From: a virus
DNA: 64,000 bases
Direction: 5' to 3' (one strand)
IMG/VR virus record: IMGVR_UViG_3300045988_152944
The notes beneath the pieces are model-generated. The model had not been told where the DNA came from. It was given only the letters and a program-made list of their open reading frames with translations, and did not search any database. Position 1 is the first letter of the stretch; each line of letters opens with the position of its first letter. The position numbers were made by a program, and so were the translations under genes. This document shows, in pieces, positions 56,573-63,931 of this stretch.

Positions 56573-56754
56573 CAATTAAAGCACAAGAACTACTGCAAGA
56601 ATTATATGACGATACGTCGTTTGCCATTGACAGCGATACGGGTAACGCCGATGTAAATAAAGCATTAAAAACAATCGAAAATAACATTAACGAACTATTT
56701 AAGATGGCACTTTTAGAAAAGGCAAAAAAATATAACATAAAAATCAGGAGGTAA
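56569..56754 (+). CDS. hypothetical early protein (61 aa)
   Basis: Start moved to ATG 56569 (GGAGGT RBS; ATGA overlap). Confidence 0.55.
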   Translation: MTIKAQELLQELYDDTSFAIDSDTGNADVNKALKTIENNINELFKMALLEKAKKYNIKIRR

Positions 56755-56759
56755 TAAAA

Positions 56760-57110
56760 ATGTGGGTAGAAATTGATAATGAAAAAGCATTAGATATTCT
56801 TATGGATAGGGTAGCGTATTGGACAGACGATATGGAAGTACAGGAGTTGTACAATAAAATGTATGATAATATGGTTTTCGGCGGAGTTTTTGACCACGGC
56901 GAGTTCGACGTGAACGCTATTGTTGATAACGATTATATTAACTATACAAAAGTTGTAAGCAAGGGCGATGACGAATACGACGAACTTTTGAAAGTTTATA
57001 AGGACAACGACTGCTGCTGCGGCGATGTGTCTTGCAATACGACAATTTGTGATTATATTGAAGCGGTTGACAACGAAGAAGAGCCGACAATGTTTCTTAT
57101 CAGAATGTAA
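56760..57110 (+). CDS. acidic early protein (116 aa)
   Basis: CAGGAGG RBS. Confidence 0.65.
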   Translation: MWVEIDNEKALDILMDRVAYWTDDMEVQELYNKMYDNMVFGGVFDHGEFDVNAIVDNDYINYTKVVSKGDDEYDELLKVYKDNDCCCGDVSCNTTICDYIEAVDNEEEPTMFLIRM

Positions 57111-57130
57111 TAAAACGGAGGTAACTAATT

Positions 57131-57508
57131 ATGGGAAAAGCAGTAGCAATTAGTACATACGATATTGATCAAATCCGTAACATTATCAACGGCTTCAGTT
57201 ACGACACTCTTGTTGAGTGTTGCTCACAATTAGACGGCGACGCAGCCGTCTATCCTATGGATGACTTCGACGAAGTAATGGACTATCTTAAACCTTGGGA
57301 CCTGGCTCGAGCAGTGTATTATGGGGAGTTTGAACCTATACACAGTTATTTCCGAGTTAACGTCTATGGAAATCTCGAATCATCCAACGCCCCTATCGAA
57401 GATGGGTGGATAGACATTGACGAACTTGCTATATATGCCGTCGATTACAATGAAGACTTCGGTGATAATGAAATTTGTTCACTCCTCGACCAATGGGAAA
57501 AGGAATAA
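57131..57508 (+). CDS. acidic early protein (125 aa)
   Basis: CGGAGG RBS. Confidence 0.65.
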   Translation: MGKAVAISTYDIDQIRNIINGFSYDTLVECCSQLDGDAAVYPMDDFDEVMDYLKPWDLARAVYYGEFEPIHSYFRVNVYGNLESSNAPIEDGWIDIDELAIYAVDYNEDFGDNEICSLLDQWEKE

Positions 57509-57557
57509 AAAAATAATGAAGAGGTGGCTGAATAAGCCGCCTCGAAGGAGATAAAAA

Positions 57558-58058
57558 ATGAAAATTTATAGTGAACAAAGTTTGGCAGATTTTAAATTTT
57601 GGAGTGGTGCAGAAACCACCGCTCAACGCATTTGGGAAGAGCAAGGATCAGAAGGCTTTGACCAACTTGAAGCGATTTTGGAAGATTTATATCCCGACGG
57701 AATCGACGAAACAGACTTGAATGACTTGCTTTGGTTCGATGCCGACACCGTTTACGAATGGTTGGGAATCGAGGATGAAGAAGACGAAGATGAAGACGAC
57801 GAAGACACCGACGATGACGGTGAAGAAGACGAGGAAGACGACGAGGAAGAGGAAACTGAACCCGCCAGCGATTATGTTATTAACGTAGGTGACAGTTGGG
57901 ATGATCTGGCACCACATGACGCGTTTGCGACAAAAGAAGTTGCAATATCAATGGCAAAAGCAATGTCAAAAGCGCAGCACGACAAATGTGTAGAAGTCGT
58001 CTATAGTCCGTGTGACGATGTCGACACTAATGAAATTATTTGGCGTAATCAAAATTAA
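57558..58058 (+). CDS. highly acidic early protein with a ~35-residue D/E run (166 aa)
   Basis: GAAGGAG RBS; EDEEDEDEDDEDTDDDGEEDEEDDEEEETE. Confidence 0.65.
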   Translation: MKIYSEQSLADFKFWSGAETTAQRIWEEQGSEGFDQLEAILEDLYPDGIDETDLNDLLWFDADTVYEWLGIEDEEDEDEDDEDTDDDGEEDEEDDEEEETEPASDYVINVGDSWDDLAPHDAFATKEVAISMAKAMSKAQHDKCVEVVYSPCDDVDTNEIIWRNQN

Positions 58059-58072
58059 TATAGGAGGCTTAT

Positions 58073-58333
58073 ATGCAAATCACTAATCAAGAATACAACT
58101 TTTTAATGCAATTATCACACGACACCAAAACCGATTGCTGGTTTAACCTCACACAAGATGAGAAAGGGCGCGACGTCGTCGAAGACCTTGAAACCGGCGA
58201 TATACTCGATTTGGCCGAGGGCATCGATCTTTTGTTTGATGCTGTAAACGACGATATCATTCGTGCTTTCACTCCTGAAGAATCCGAGTTGTTTGCGTCG
58301 CTTGAACAAAAAATTATGCACGAATATTTATGA
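58073..58333 (+). CDS. acidic early protein (86 aa)
   Basis: TAGGAGG RBS. Confidence 0.6.
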   Translation: MQITNQEYNFLMQLSHDTKTDCWFNLTQDEKGRDVVEDLETGDILDLAEGIDLLFDAVNDDIIRAFTPEESELFASLEQKIMHEYL

Positions 58334-58347
58334 GGAGATAACCGAAT

Positions 58348-58776
58348 ATGGAATTCATGAAACAAAATGTAGCAAAACTCAATCAACAAGCAATCGACAA
58401 CCTCGACGATTTGATGGAAAGTGTAACAAGTTATGTGCTCCGCCACTGGGACGAATATGACGATCTGAAGCAGATCCCCCTCGAGGTGCTCGAACACGGT
58501 TGCGTAAGTGGAATCGTCAGTGGGCTCGTCTGGTATTCCGACACGACTGCTTATTACGCAAAAAACAAAGACGAGATTAATAAGCTTCTTTATGAAAAGA
58601 TGGACGAATGGGGGGTATATAGCCTCAACGAAATATTCTCTCGCGATCCGAGCTGGGACGAAGAAGACCCGCTGGCCCTTTATGACTACAATCAGAACCT
58701 TCTCGCTTGGTTCGGCTTCGAAGAAACAATGCGTAACTTTGCACGAGAATTTGAAGAATTCGAAGAACTTATTTAA
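58348..58776 (+). CDS. hypothetical early protein (142 aa)
   Basis: GAGGAG RBS. Confidence 0.65.
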   Translation: MEFMKQNVAKLNQQAIDNLDDLMESVTSYVLRHWDEYDDLKQIPLEVLEHGCVSGIVSGLVWYSDTTAYYAKNKDEINKLLYEKMDEWGVYSLNEIFSRDPSWDEEDPLALYDYNQNLLAWFGFEETMRNFAREFEEFEELI

Positions 58777-58849
58777 AGCAACAAAGCCGAGCGGTGGCGA
58801 TTACGGCTGATGCTGTTTTGAAGAACTATAGATAAAGGAGGTGATGCGG

Positions 58850-58930
58850 ATGGACACATTATACGGCTTATTAATGGTCGGTGCAGCACTAATGATTGTA
58901 GTAGCAATCTGGTTTAAACTTCATCAATAA
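58850..58930 (+). CDS. 26-aa hydrophobic peptide
   Basis: Not in the track; AAAGGAGGTG RBS; MDTLYGLLMVGAALMIVVAIWFKLHQ (single TM helix). Confidence 0.5.
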   Translation: MDTLYGLLMVGAALMIVVAIWFKLHQ

Positions 58931-58942
58931 AAGGAGGCGCTA

Positions 58943-59023
58943 ATGGCAATAGAAATAATAGGCAGTATTATTGGTTTTACCTTTACTTTTATGCTCACCG
59001 CCTGGTTGTGCAATTGTAAATAG
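58943..59023 (+). CDS. 26-aa hydrophobic peptide
   Basis: Not in the track; AAAGGAGG RBS; MAIEIIGSIIGFTFTFMLTAWLCNCK. Confidence 0.5.
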   Translation: MAIEIIGSIIGFTFTFMLTAWLCNCK

Positions 59024-59302
59024 TAACAATTTGGGTTTTGTTGGTAGTCACCATTAAACAAACCATCATCCCTCGGCGGCATCCGTAATCATCGTTTGTC
59101 GTCATCATCCCTTAACCCCACATTAAAACAGGACTGGTCAATGCCTGGGCACATTATGCCGAAATCACACCAGGGGATATTATACACGCGATACTCATCC
59201 CCGCCCCAAAAACCAATAGATCGACCTACAAAACCAGGTCAGCGACCTATTTTTTTCTTTGTTGTCATCCGTCGTCAGCATCCGTTTTTTCTTCCAATGA
59301 GA

Positions 59303-59345
59303 GCAAAAAAAGAACACAGTCGGGGTGTCTAGCAACTGTGTTCTT
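59303..59345 (-). terminator. rho-independent terminator
   Basis: Perfect 11-bp stem AAGAACACAGT..ACTGTGTTCTT with a 14-nt loop, followed by T7 on the minus strand. Confidence 0.65.
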
Positions 59346-59504
59346 AAAAATAAAAATAGGAGGTAACATATAATACGTAAAAGAAACAAGGCGCAATAGG
59401 AGGTGATAATAAAAAGATGCGCGATGTATGTGATCTCGGGAAGCAGCGACGTGCGTTCTTCACGGCCGTCAACACCCTTAAGCGGCTTAACCCCGAGGAT
59501 CTCG

Positions 59505-59693
59505 CTATTTGAAGAGATCGGGAGGGATGGATGCGAGGAAGTCAGCGTAATCACCCGAGAGGAGGACGGCGTCGTCATCGGACGTAGGCTGATAGTCGTT
59601 GATACCATCGGGGAACGTATCGAAGATAAAAGCGTCGCCTGGGGGGATGGGGATTGAGCGCGTGGCTTTTTTGGAATCCATCTGGAACCTCAT
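59505..59693 (-). CDS. acidic hypothetical protein (62 aa)
   Basis: AAGGAGG RBS, its own consensus promoter and its own terminator. Confidence 0.6.
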   Translation of the reverse strand: MRFQMDSKKATRSIPIPPGDAFIFDTFPDGINDYQPTSDDDAVLLSGDYADFLASIPPDLFK

Positions 59694-59724
59694 TGGGTAC
59701 CTCCTTGTTTCTCTTTATATTTAT

Positions 59725-59753
59725 ATTATAACACAGGGAGAGTGAAAAGTCAA
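59725..59753 (-). promoter_or_regulatory. consensus promoter
   Basis: TTGACT-17 nt-TATAAT on the minus strand. The post -10 sequence ATAAATATAA is shared with P1. Confidence 0.75.
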
Positions 59754-59900
59754 CAGGGAGTGACAAAATATTTATTTTTTTTATATGTTTCTTTCCGGAG
59801 TGATAACAGGTCAAATAGATGCGCAATTTCATTAACGCGCAACACCGCAGGTGTAAGCGTTTGAAACACTGGCGAAGCCGCGTAGGGGTTGAAGGGGACG

Positions 59901-60116
59901 TTAGTCCCTTTCTATTTCCTGGGCAGCTTCGGGGATCTCTACATTTAATAATTTAGCTACTCGTAGCCAAGCCTGATGAAAGAGAGGAGTATACTCAAAT
60001 ACAAAGGAGGTCTTGATGGGATTGTCTTTTGCTGGTTTAATATCTATTGGTGGGAATCCTAATTGTATAAGTTTACGAGCTACTGCTGCGTTGGTGATAA
60101 CTTTTGTAGTTTGCAT
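59901..60116 (-). CDS. hypothetical protein (71 aa)
   Basis: Start moved to ATG 60116 (GAGGAG RBS; TAATATG junction with the upstream gene). Confidence 0.55.
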   Translation of the reverse strand: MQTTKVITNAAVARKLIQLGFPPIDIKPAKDNPIKTSFVFEYTPLFHQAWLRVAKLLNVEIPEAAQEIERD

Positions 60117-60117
60117 A

Positions 60118-60849
60118 TTAATAATCTCCTCTATTGAATTTACCAGGGTTTCTTGTGAACATGTCGTTCTCGGTCGGTGATAATCCATAATACTCTATTA
60201 ATGACTGAATATCGAGTTCCCTATATTGAGGTTTACTAGAAGGCAGATGGCCAGCCAAATAGCAAATATCTTCATAGCTTACTGGGTCAAGTATTGCAAA
60301 CGTAGCCGGTCGTTTAGCGCGTTTTTTTACACTATCTACAGGAGAGATGGAGGGTATTTTCAAATTTGGTTTTTTCTTCATTTGAAACGGAGTTATATCG
60401 TCGGCGGGAATGGTGAAATCAAAATACTTTCTCCATCCTTGTAATTGGATTTGTCGTTCTGGTGTATTTGGTTGAGTGAATGATAAACCACCATCTAACA
60501 CAAATGATAAGTATGTTGTGGTTTTCCCTTGTGAATCTTTTGTATAATATCCTTTCAATATCGGAATCTCATTTTGTAGATCTGAGTAATATTGTTCTCG
60601 TGCTGAGGTTAATATTAAATCTAACGGTTTTAATTTGATGTCATATAATGGCTGAAACATTTGTTTAAGCCAGTCGTTATTATATGAGTGTGAAGATTCT
60701 GTGGCAGTTGCTGGTGTAGTGGCCGTAGTGGTGGTATTAGAGTTTGATAACAAAGCGTTAATAGTTGTACGCATTTGTTGTATTTGTTGCTGTACTTGTT
60801 GTTCGAATTGTTGTAGCTGTTGTGATAGCTGTTCAATTAATGTTTGCAT
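60118..60849 (-). CDS. hypothetical protein with a Q-rich N-terminal coiled coil (243 aa)
   Basis: Track ORF; weak AAGGA RBS. Confidence 0.55.
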   Translation of the reverse strand: MQTLIEQLSQQLQQFEQQVQQQIQQMRTTINALLSNSNTTTTATTPATATESSHSYNNDWLKQMFQPLYDIKLKPLDLILTSAREQYYSDLQNEIPILKGYYTKDSQGKTTTYLSFVLDGGLSFTQPNTPERQIQLQGWRKYFDFTIPADDITPFQMKKKPNLKIPSISPVDSVKKRAKRPATFAILDPVSYEDICYLAGHLPSSKPQYRELDIQSLIEYYGLSPTENDMFTRNPGKFNRGDY

Positions 60850-60912
60850 CTTTGTAAGTCCTTTTTTAGTTTATTTTAATATGTGTCGCCACATATCGTG
60901 TTTCTTCTATTC

Positions 60913-60934
60913 AGGAACCCCTATAGGGGTTCCT
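60913..60934. repeat. perfect 22-bp palindrome
   Basis: AGGAACCCC-TATA-GGGGTTCCT. Confidence 0.9.
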
Positions 60935-60935
60935 T

Positions 60936-61006
60936 GTATTACATGTATTACATATGACATATTGTATTACAGTATTACATGTAGTACAGTACTACAGTGT
61001 AGTACA
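60936..61006. repeat. array of ~8 short GTAnTACA units
   Basis: GTATTACA x4, then GTAGTACA, GTACTACA and GTAGTACA at 8-9 bp spacing, with one 11-nt interruption. Confidence 0.85.
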
Positions 61007-61019
61007 TATATGTTATATG

Positions 61020-61049
61020 GTCATATCAACTCTTTAGAGTTGATATGAC
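61020..61049. repeat. 13-bp perfect inverted repeat with a 4-nt loop
   Basis: GTCATATCAACTC-TTTA-GAGTTGATATGAC. Confidence 0.9.
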
Positions 61050-61117
61050 ATATGAAATATGAAATATTTGTTTTATGATATATTGAAATACTGATATACT
61101 GACATATGACATATAAT

Positions 61118-61186
61118 CACGTGCACGCGCATGCACATACACACGCATATACGCACGCCCGCACGCGCATGTATACATATGTGCAG
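61118..61186. repeat. alternating pyrimidine-purine (Z-DNA-prone) tract
   Basis: A 41-nt perfect Py-Pu alternation (CACGTGCACGCGCATGCACATACACACGCATATACGCACGC), a CCC break, then 27 more alternating nt. Confidence 0.85.
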
Positions 61187-61218
61187 AGTCTGGCTGTAAA
61201 TACAACCACGTCAAAACC

Positions 61219-61260
61219 GGCGGCGGACATCTCCCCGTCGCCTTTGGTTTGCCCGCCGCC
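61219..61260 (-). terminator. putative terminator after ssb
   Basis: GGCGGCGG..CCGCCGCC outer stem (alternative inner stem possible), followed by GGTTTT on the minus strand. Confidence 0.4.
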
Positions 61261-61635
61261 TTAAAACGGCAGTTCTTCGTAGTCCTCTGAGGATTCGGGC
61301 GTAACCTCGTCCGCCGCCACTTCAACAGAGTCGTCGTTGTTGGTTTCGTCTACCGGTCCACTACGTTGCTTAACCACGGTGAACGAAAACTTATTAGGTT
61401 CACCGGTTCCAGCGCCATTCAGGACGAGGTAGACATACCCGCCCCTTTGAAGATTGTGTTCGGCGTAAGTCGCTTGCCTACCCATGGCGACAACTTCGAT
61501 GCTGCACCATTTGCCGAAATCTTTACCAGTGCAGACAGTATAGGCCGCCGTCTTTACTTTGTTACCGCGAGCCAATTGCTTTTCGCCGATGGTGATATTG
61601 GTGATGATTTTCCCGAATACGGTCGTCTCAATCAT
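61261..61635 (-). CDS. ssb: single-stranded DNA-binding protein (124 aa)
   Basis: OB-fold-sized N-terminal domain and an acidic tail ending DYEELPF, matching the canonical SSB D-(D/E)-(L/I)-P-F tip; AGGAGGG RBS. Confidence 0.75.
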   Translation of the reverse strand: MIETTVFGKIITNITIGEKQLARGNKVKTAAYTVCTGKDFGKWCSIEVVAMGRQATYAEHNLQRGGYVYLVLNGAGTGEPNKFSFTVVKQRSGPVDETNNDDSVEVAADEVTPESSEDYEELPF

Positions 61636-61679
61636 TAGATTATCCCTCCTGTGGGGTGTTATTATTGTGCGGGGCTTTT

Positions 61680-62048
61680 TTACTTGGCCGCCGCCGCCGC
61701 TTTTTGTGCTGCCCTCATTGCTTTCATGCGTTCTGAGTTTGCGATACGTTGCTCTTCGGTCATAGTGCGGGTCACGCGGACACTTCTTAATGACAAAAAT
61801 TCCTTAGGTGCCTCAACCTCATACGCCACCGGCTGCCCATCATAAGTGGATATCGAGCGCAGGATATATTCTTCAGGACTCTTTGTCATTAATCCCCTGA
61901 GTTTGGTGACTATTGTGTTGTCACTGGTCCAGATGGTCATCTTGTCGCCGTTGCGTTCAAAAACGATCGAAGTCTCTTGTTCGTCCAAAGGGTTATTCGG
62001 GAAAGCGACCAAATCGTCAACCGTGTACGTCTTTTTTTGTTTAACCAT
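61680..62048 (-). CDS. hypothetical protein (122 aa)
   Basis: GGAGGT RBS downstream of a consensus promoter. Confidence 0.6.
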   Translation of the reverse strand: MVKQKKTYTVDDLVAFPNNPLDEQETSIVFERNGDKMTIWTSDNTIVTKLRGLMTKSPEEYILRSISTYDGQPVAYEVEAPKEFLSLRSVRVTRTMTEEQRIANSERMKAMRAAQKAAAAAK

Positions 62049-62082
62049 AAGCTAAACCTCCATTATTCTTTTTTATACTTCT

Positions 62083-62111
62083 ATTATACCACACGGCGGC
62101 GGGTATGTCAA
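62083..62111 (-). promoter_or_regulatory. consensus promoter
   Basis: TTGACA-17 nt-TATAAT on the minus strand. Confidence 0.75.
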
Positions 62112-62117
62112 CACAGG

Positions 62118-62147
62118 GTGACAAATACTTCTAACTTGTCGTATAAT
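62118..62147 (+). promoter_or_regulatory. back-to-back divergent promoter
   Basis: GTGACA-18 nt-TATAAT; its -35 is the other half of the TGTCA-N8-TGACA palindrome. Confidence 0.45.
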
Positions 62148-62296
62148 GAAGACACCTTATTCCACAAACGAAAATACCTCGGTCGATAAATCTGTCGACC
62201 AAACTCTTTTCTTTTACTACAGAGCTTAAATAAGCTCAAGAAAAACCAAAAAAGGGTATCTCAGACCATTTTCCCCCATCACGCGTCCGCCTACAC

Positions 62297-62325
62297 ACAA
62301 AAAATACCCAGGCTGCTATGCCTGG
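62297..62325 (-). terminator. rho-independent terminator
   Basis: CCAGGC-N6-GCCTGG followed by a T-run on the minus strand; 10 nt after the stop at 62335. Confidence 0.65.
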
Positions 62326-62334
62326 ATATCTTTC

Positions 62335-62763
62335 TTACTCTTCATCGTCCCATTCGTCGTCTTCTTCGTCCGCCAGCATAATCTGGCACTCGGGGCAGAT
62401 CTTGTTGTACATCGCCACCCATCCTTTCGGATTTCTCCATACCGTCCTGGTGGTCACGTCACACCAATGAGCGATGATGCCGACGACGGACTTGATCGCC
62501 TGGGGACGATCGTACTCGAATTTGAAGCACGGGCACTCACGAATGTTGTACTCCTCACCCAACGCCCCCTGATGCGTCTCATACTTGCTCCCTTCCACCG
62601 GGATGCCAGTCTTGAACTTCGAGCAGGAATGTTCTTTATTGTCGCGGGCGTTCATGCAAGACCAGCACAAGGTGTCTGTCTTCAGATTGTTGAAGAAGAT
62701 TCTGGCGTTGATGGCTTCGACTTCCGACTTGGTTAATTTGGTTGCTTTAATGACTCTGTTCAT
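62335..62763 (-). CDS. Cys-rich acidic-tailed protein, possible regulator (142 aa)
   Basis: AGGAGA RBS; CWSC..CSKF..CPCF..CPEC; C-terminus EEDDEWDDEE. Confidence 0.6.
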   Translation of the reverse strand: MNRVIKATKLTKSEVEAINARIFFNNLKTDTLCWSCMNARDNKEHSCSKFKTGIPVEGSKYETHQGALGEEYNIRECPCFKFEYDRPQAIKSVVGIIAHWCDVTTRTVWRNPKGWVAMYNKICPECQIMLADEEDDEWDDEE

Positions 62764-62793
62764 ATCACCGTCTCCTAATCTTTTTATACTTTA

Positions 62794-62822
62794 AGTATAA
62801 CATAGGTTCGACAGTTTGTCAA
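62794..62822 (-). promoter_or_regulatory. near-consensus promoter
   Basis: TTGACA-17 nt-TATACT on the minus strand. Confidence 0.7.
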
Positions 62823-63159
62823 CATATTTTTAGAAAAAAAAATAAATATTTTTCAAGAAAAAAATAGTGCAAAATTTTCCTATTCAATAGTGTAAAAATT
62901 TACCATCGGCGGCGGACATCTTTTTATGCGGCTGCGCCCGTTTTTTACCCGTTAGCACTGGTTTAGAAAACTGAACATATCGCTACCAAAACCGTCCTGG
63001 CGGAGCTGCATTTTTATAAAAAAACAGGGTATTTTGGGATATTTGTGAAGAAAATTGTAACACGATGTCGACGGCTGATGACGGTCGATGATGACGTAAT
63101 GTACCATAAACGGTACATAACTTTAGACAAAAATGACACCGTCCGCCGCCTGAAGTAGG

Positions 63160-63197
63160 ACAAAATATTCCTATTATAGAACAAAATATTCCTATTA
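63160..63197 (+). repeat. 17-mer direct repeat at 21-bp period
   Basis: ACAAAATATTCCTATTA x2; a degenerate third copy (AAAATTTTCCTATTCAA) near 62872. Confidence 0.8.
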
Positions 63198-63231
63198 AAA
63201 TGACAAAAAATTACCATCGATTTTGCGGCGA

Positions 63232-63261
63232 GTTGTCCACTTTTCCACATAGTTATCCACA
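63232..63261 (+). promoter_or_regulatory. DnaA-box cluster
   Basis: TTGTCCACT, TTTTCCACA and a perfect TTATCCACA in tandem direct orientation (consensus TTWTNCACA). Confidence 0.6.
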
Positions 63262-63407
63262 TCAAAAGTCACGTTTTCGATGCCTTTCGTTACCAAAATT
63301 GTATGGTTTTTTTAACGAGCGATGACGACGGATGATGCCAAAAGTATCAGTATACTGACACTATGTTTCGTAGAGTAATGTTTATTATAAGCGACAAATA
63401 ACCCTTT

Positions 63408-63429
63408 AATGTCACTTATAATTGACATT
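63408..63429. promoter_or_regulatory. perfect palindromic operator-like site
   Basis: AATGTCA-N8-TGACATT; the same TGTCA-N8-TGACA architecture as at six promoters. Confidence 0.6.
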
Positions 63430-63451
63430 ATAATGATACTGTAAGGTACTA

Positions 63452-63475
63452 AAATGACCCTATAAATGACCCTAT
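63452..63475 (+). repeat. tandem 12-mers
   Basis: AAATGACCCTAT x2, followed by degenerate copies AAAGTGCC and AAATGTCCCCC. Confidence 0.8.
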
Positions 63476-63567
63476 AAAGTGCCAAAATGTCCCCCTTTGA
63501 TGGCGTAAATGACGCTGAAAACGATCAAATTCCTGCGGTTTCTCTGTAAAGTTAGTACCCATTTTTG

Positions 63568-63624
63568 CTTGTGCAAAACTTGCACTCTTGTGTGCAAACT
63601 CGACTTTTTGTGTGCAAACTCGCG
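63568..63624 (+). repeat. three iteron-like direct repeats at 20-bp period
   Basis: CTTGTGCAAAACT, TTGTGTGCAAACTCG and TTGTGTGCAAACTCG. Confidence 0.8.
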
Positions 63625-63796
63625 TTACAAAGGAATCAAATAGGGTGTTGGTTTACGCCAAAAAAGGCACAAAATCGGATGCCTACAGCTGTTCACGTCC
63701 GCCGCCTACGTGTACCAACGTCTATCGCCTACGTGCAAATAAAGCATAAAAAATGAGCCAAATTGGTGCAGGTTTTACACTTTTCCAGACGATATT

Positions 63797-63824
63797 GGGG
63801 TGGTTTTTACACATTTTCCACCCC
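63797..63824. repeat. GGGGTGG / CCACCCC hairpin
   Basis: Perfect 7-bp stem, 14-nt loop; the arms resemble the G/C boxes of the promoter hub. Confidence 0.7.
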
Positions 63825-63906
63825 TTTAATTCCGTCGAATTCGACCAGTTTAACCGCCTCGATTTCGACACGGTGGCCCAAAGTGGTCAGCCGTCCCTAT
63901 TTTAAT

Positions 63907-63931
63907 AAAAAAAAGAGGCATCTCAGCCTCT
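63907..63931 (-). terminator. rho-independent terminator for a gene lying beyond the right edge
   Basis: AGAGGC-N6-GCCTCT followed by T8 on the minus strand. Confidence 0.6.

Noticed and set aside
59403-59657. Plus-strand 84-aa ORF (GTG start) overlapping the 62-aa minus-strand gene.
   Set aside because: The GTG directly abuts the AGGAGG with no spacing. The minus-strand ORF has its own consensus promoter, RBS and terminator. A 31-codon ATG ORF at 59417 with a proper RBS remains possible but unsupported.
60936-61006. Whether the GTAnTACA array, or the 20/21-bp iterons at 63160-63624, could be a CRISPR array.
   Set aside because: The units are only 8-17 bp with no 25-40-bp unique spacers and only 2-8 copies. 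No cas operon is present, and IscB does not use arrays.
59265-63335. 13-mer TCATCCGTCGTCA (59265-59277) and its inverted copy (63323-63335) bracketing the right-arm genes, considered as ends of an invertible or mobile block.
   Set aside because: A single 13-mer pair is within chance expectation for all-against-all comparison of 64 kb. The related GATGACG-rich motifs nearby are degenerate. No recombinase is adjacent.
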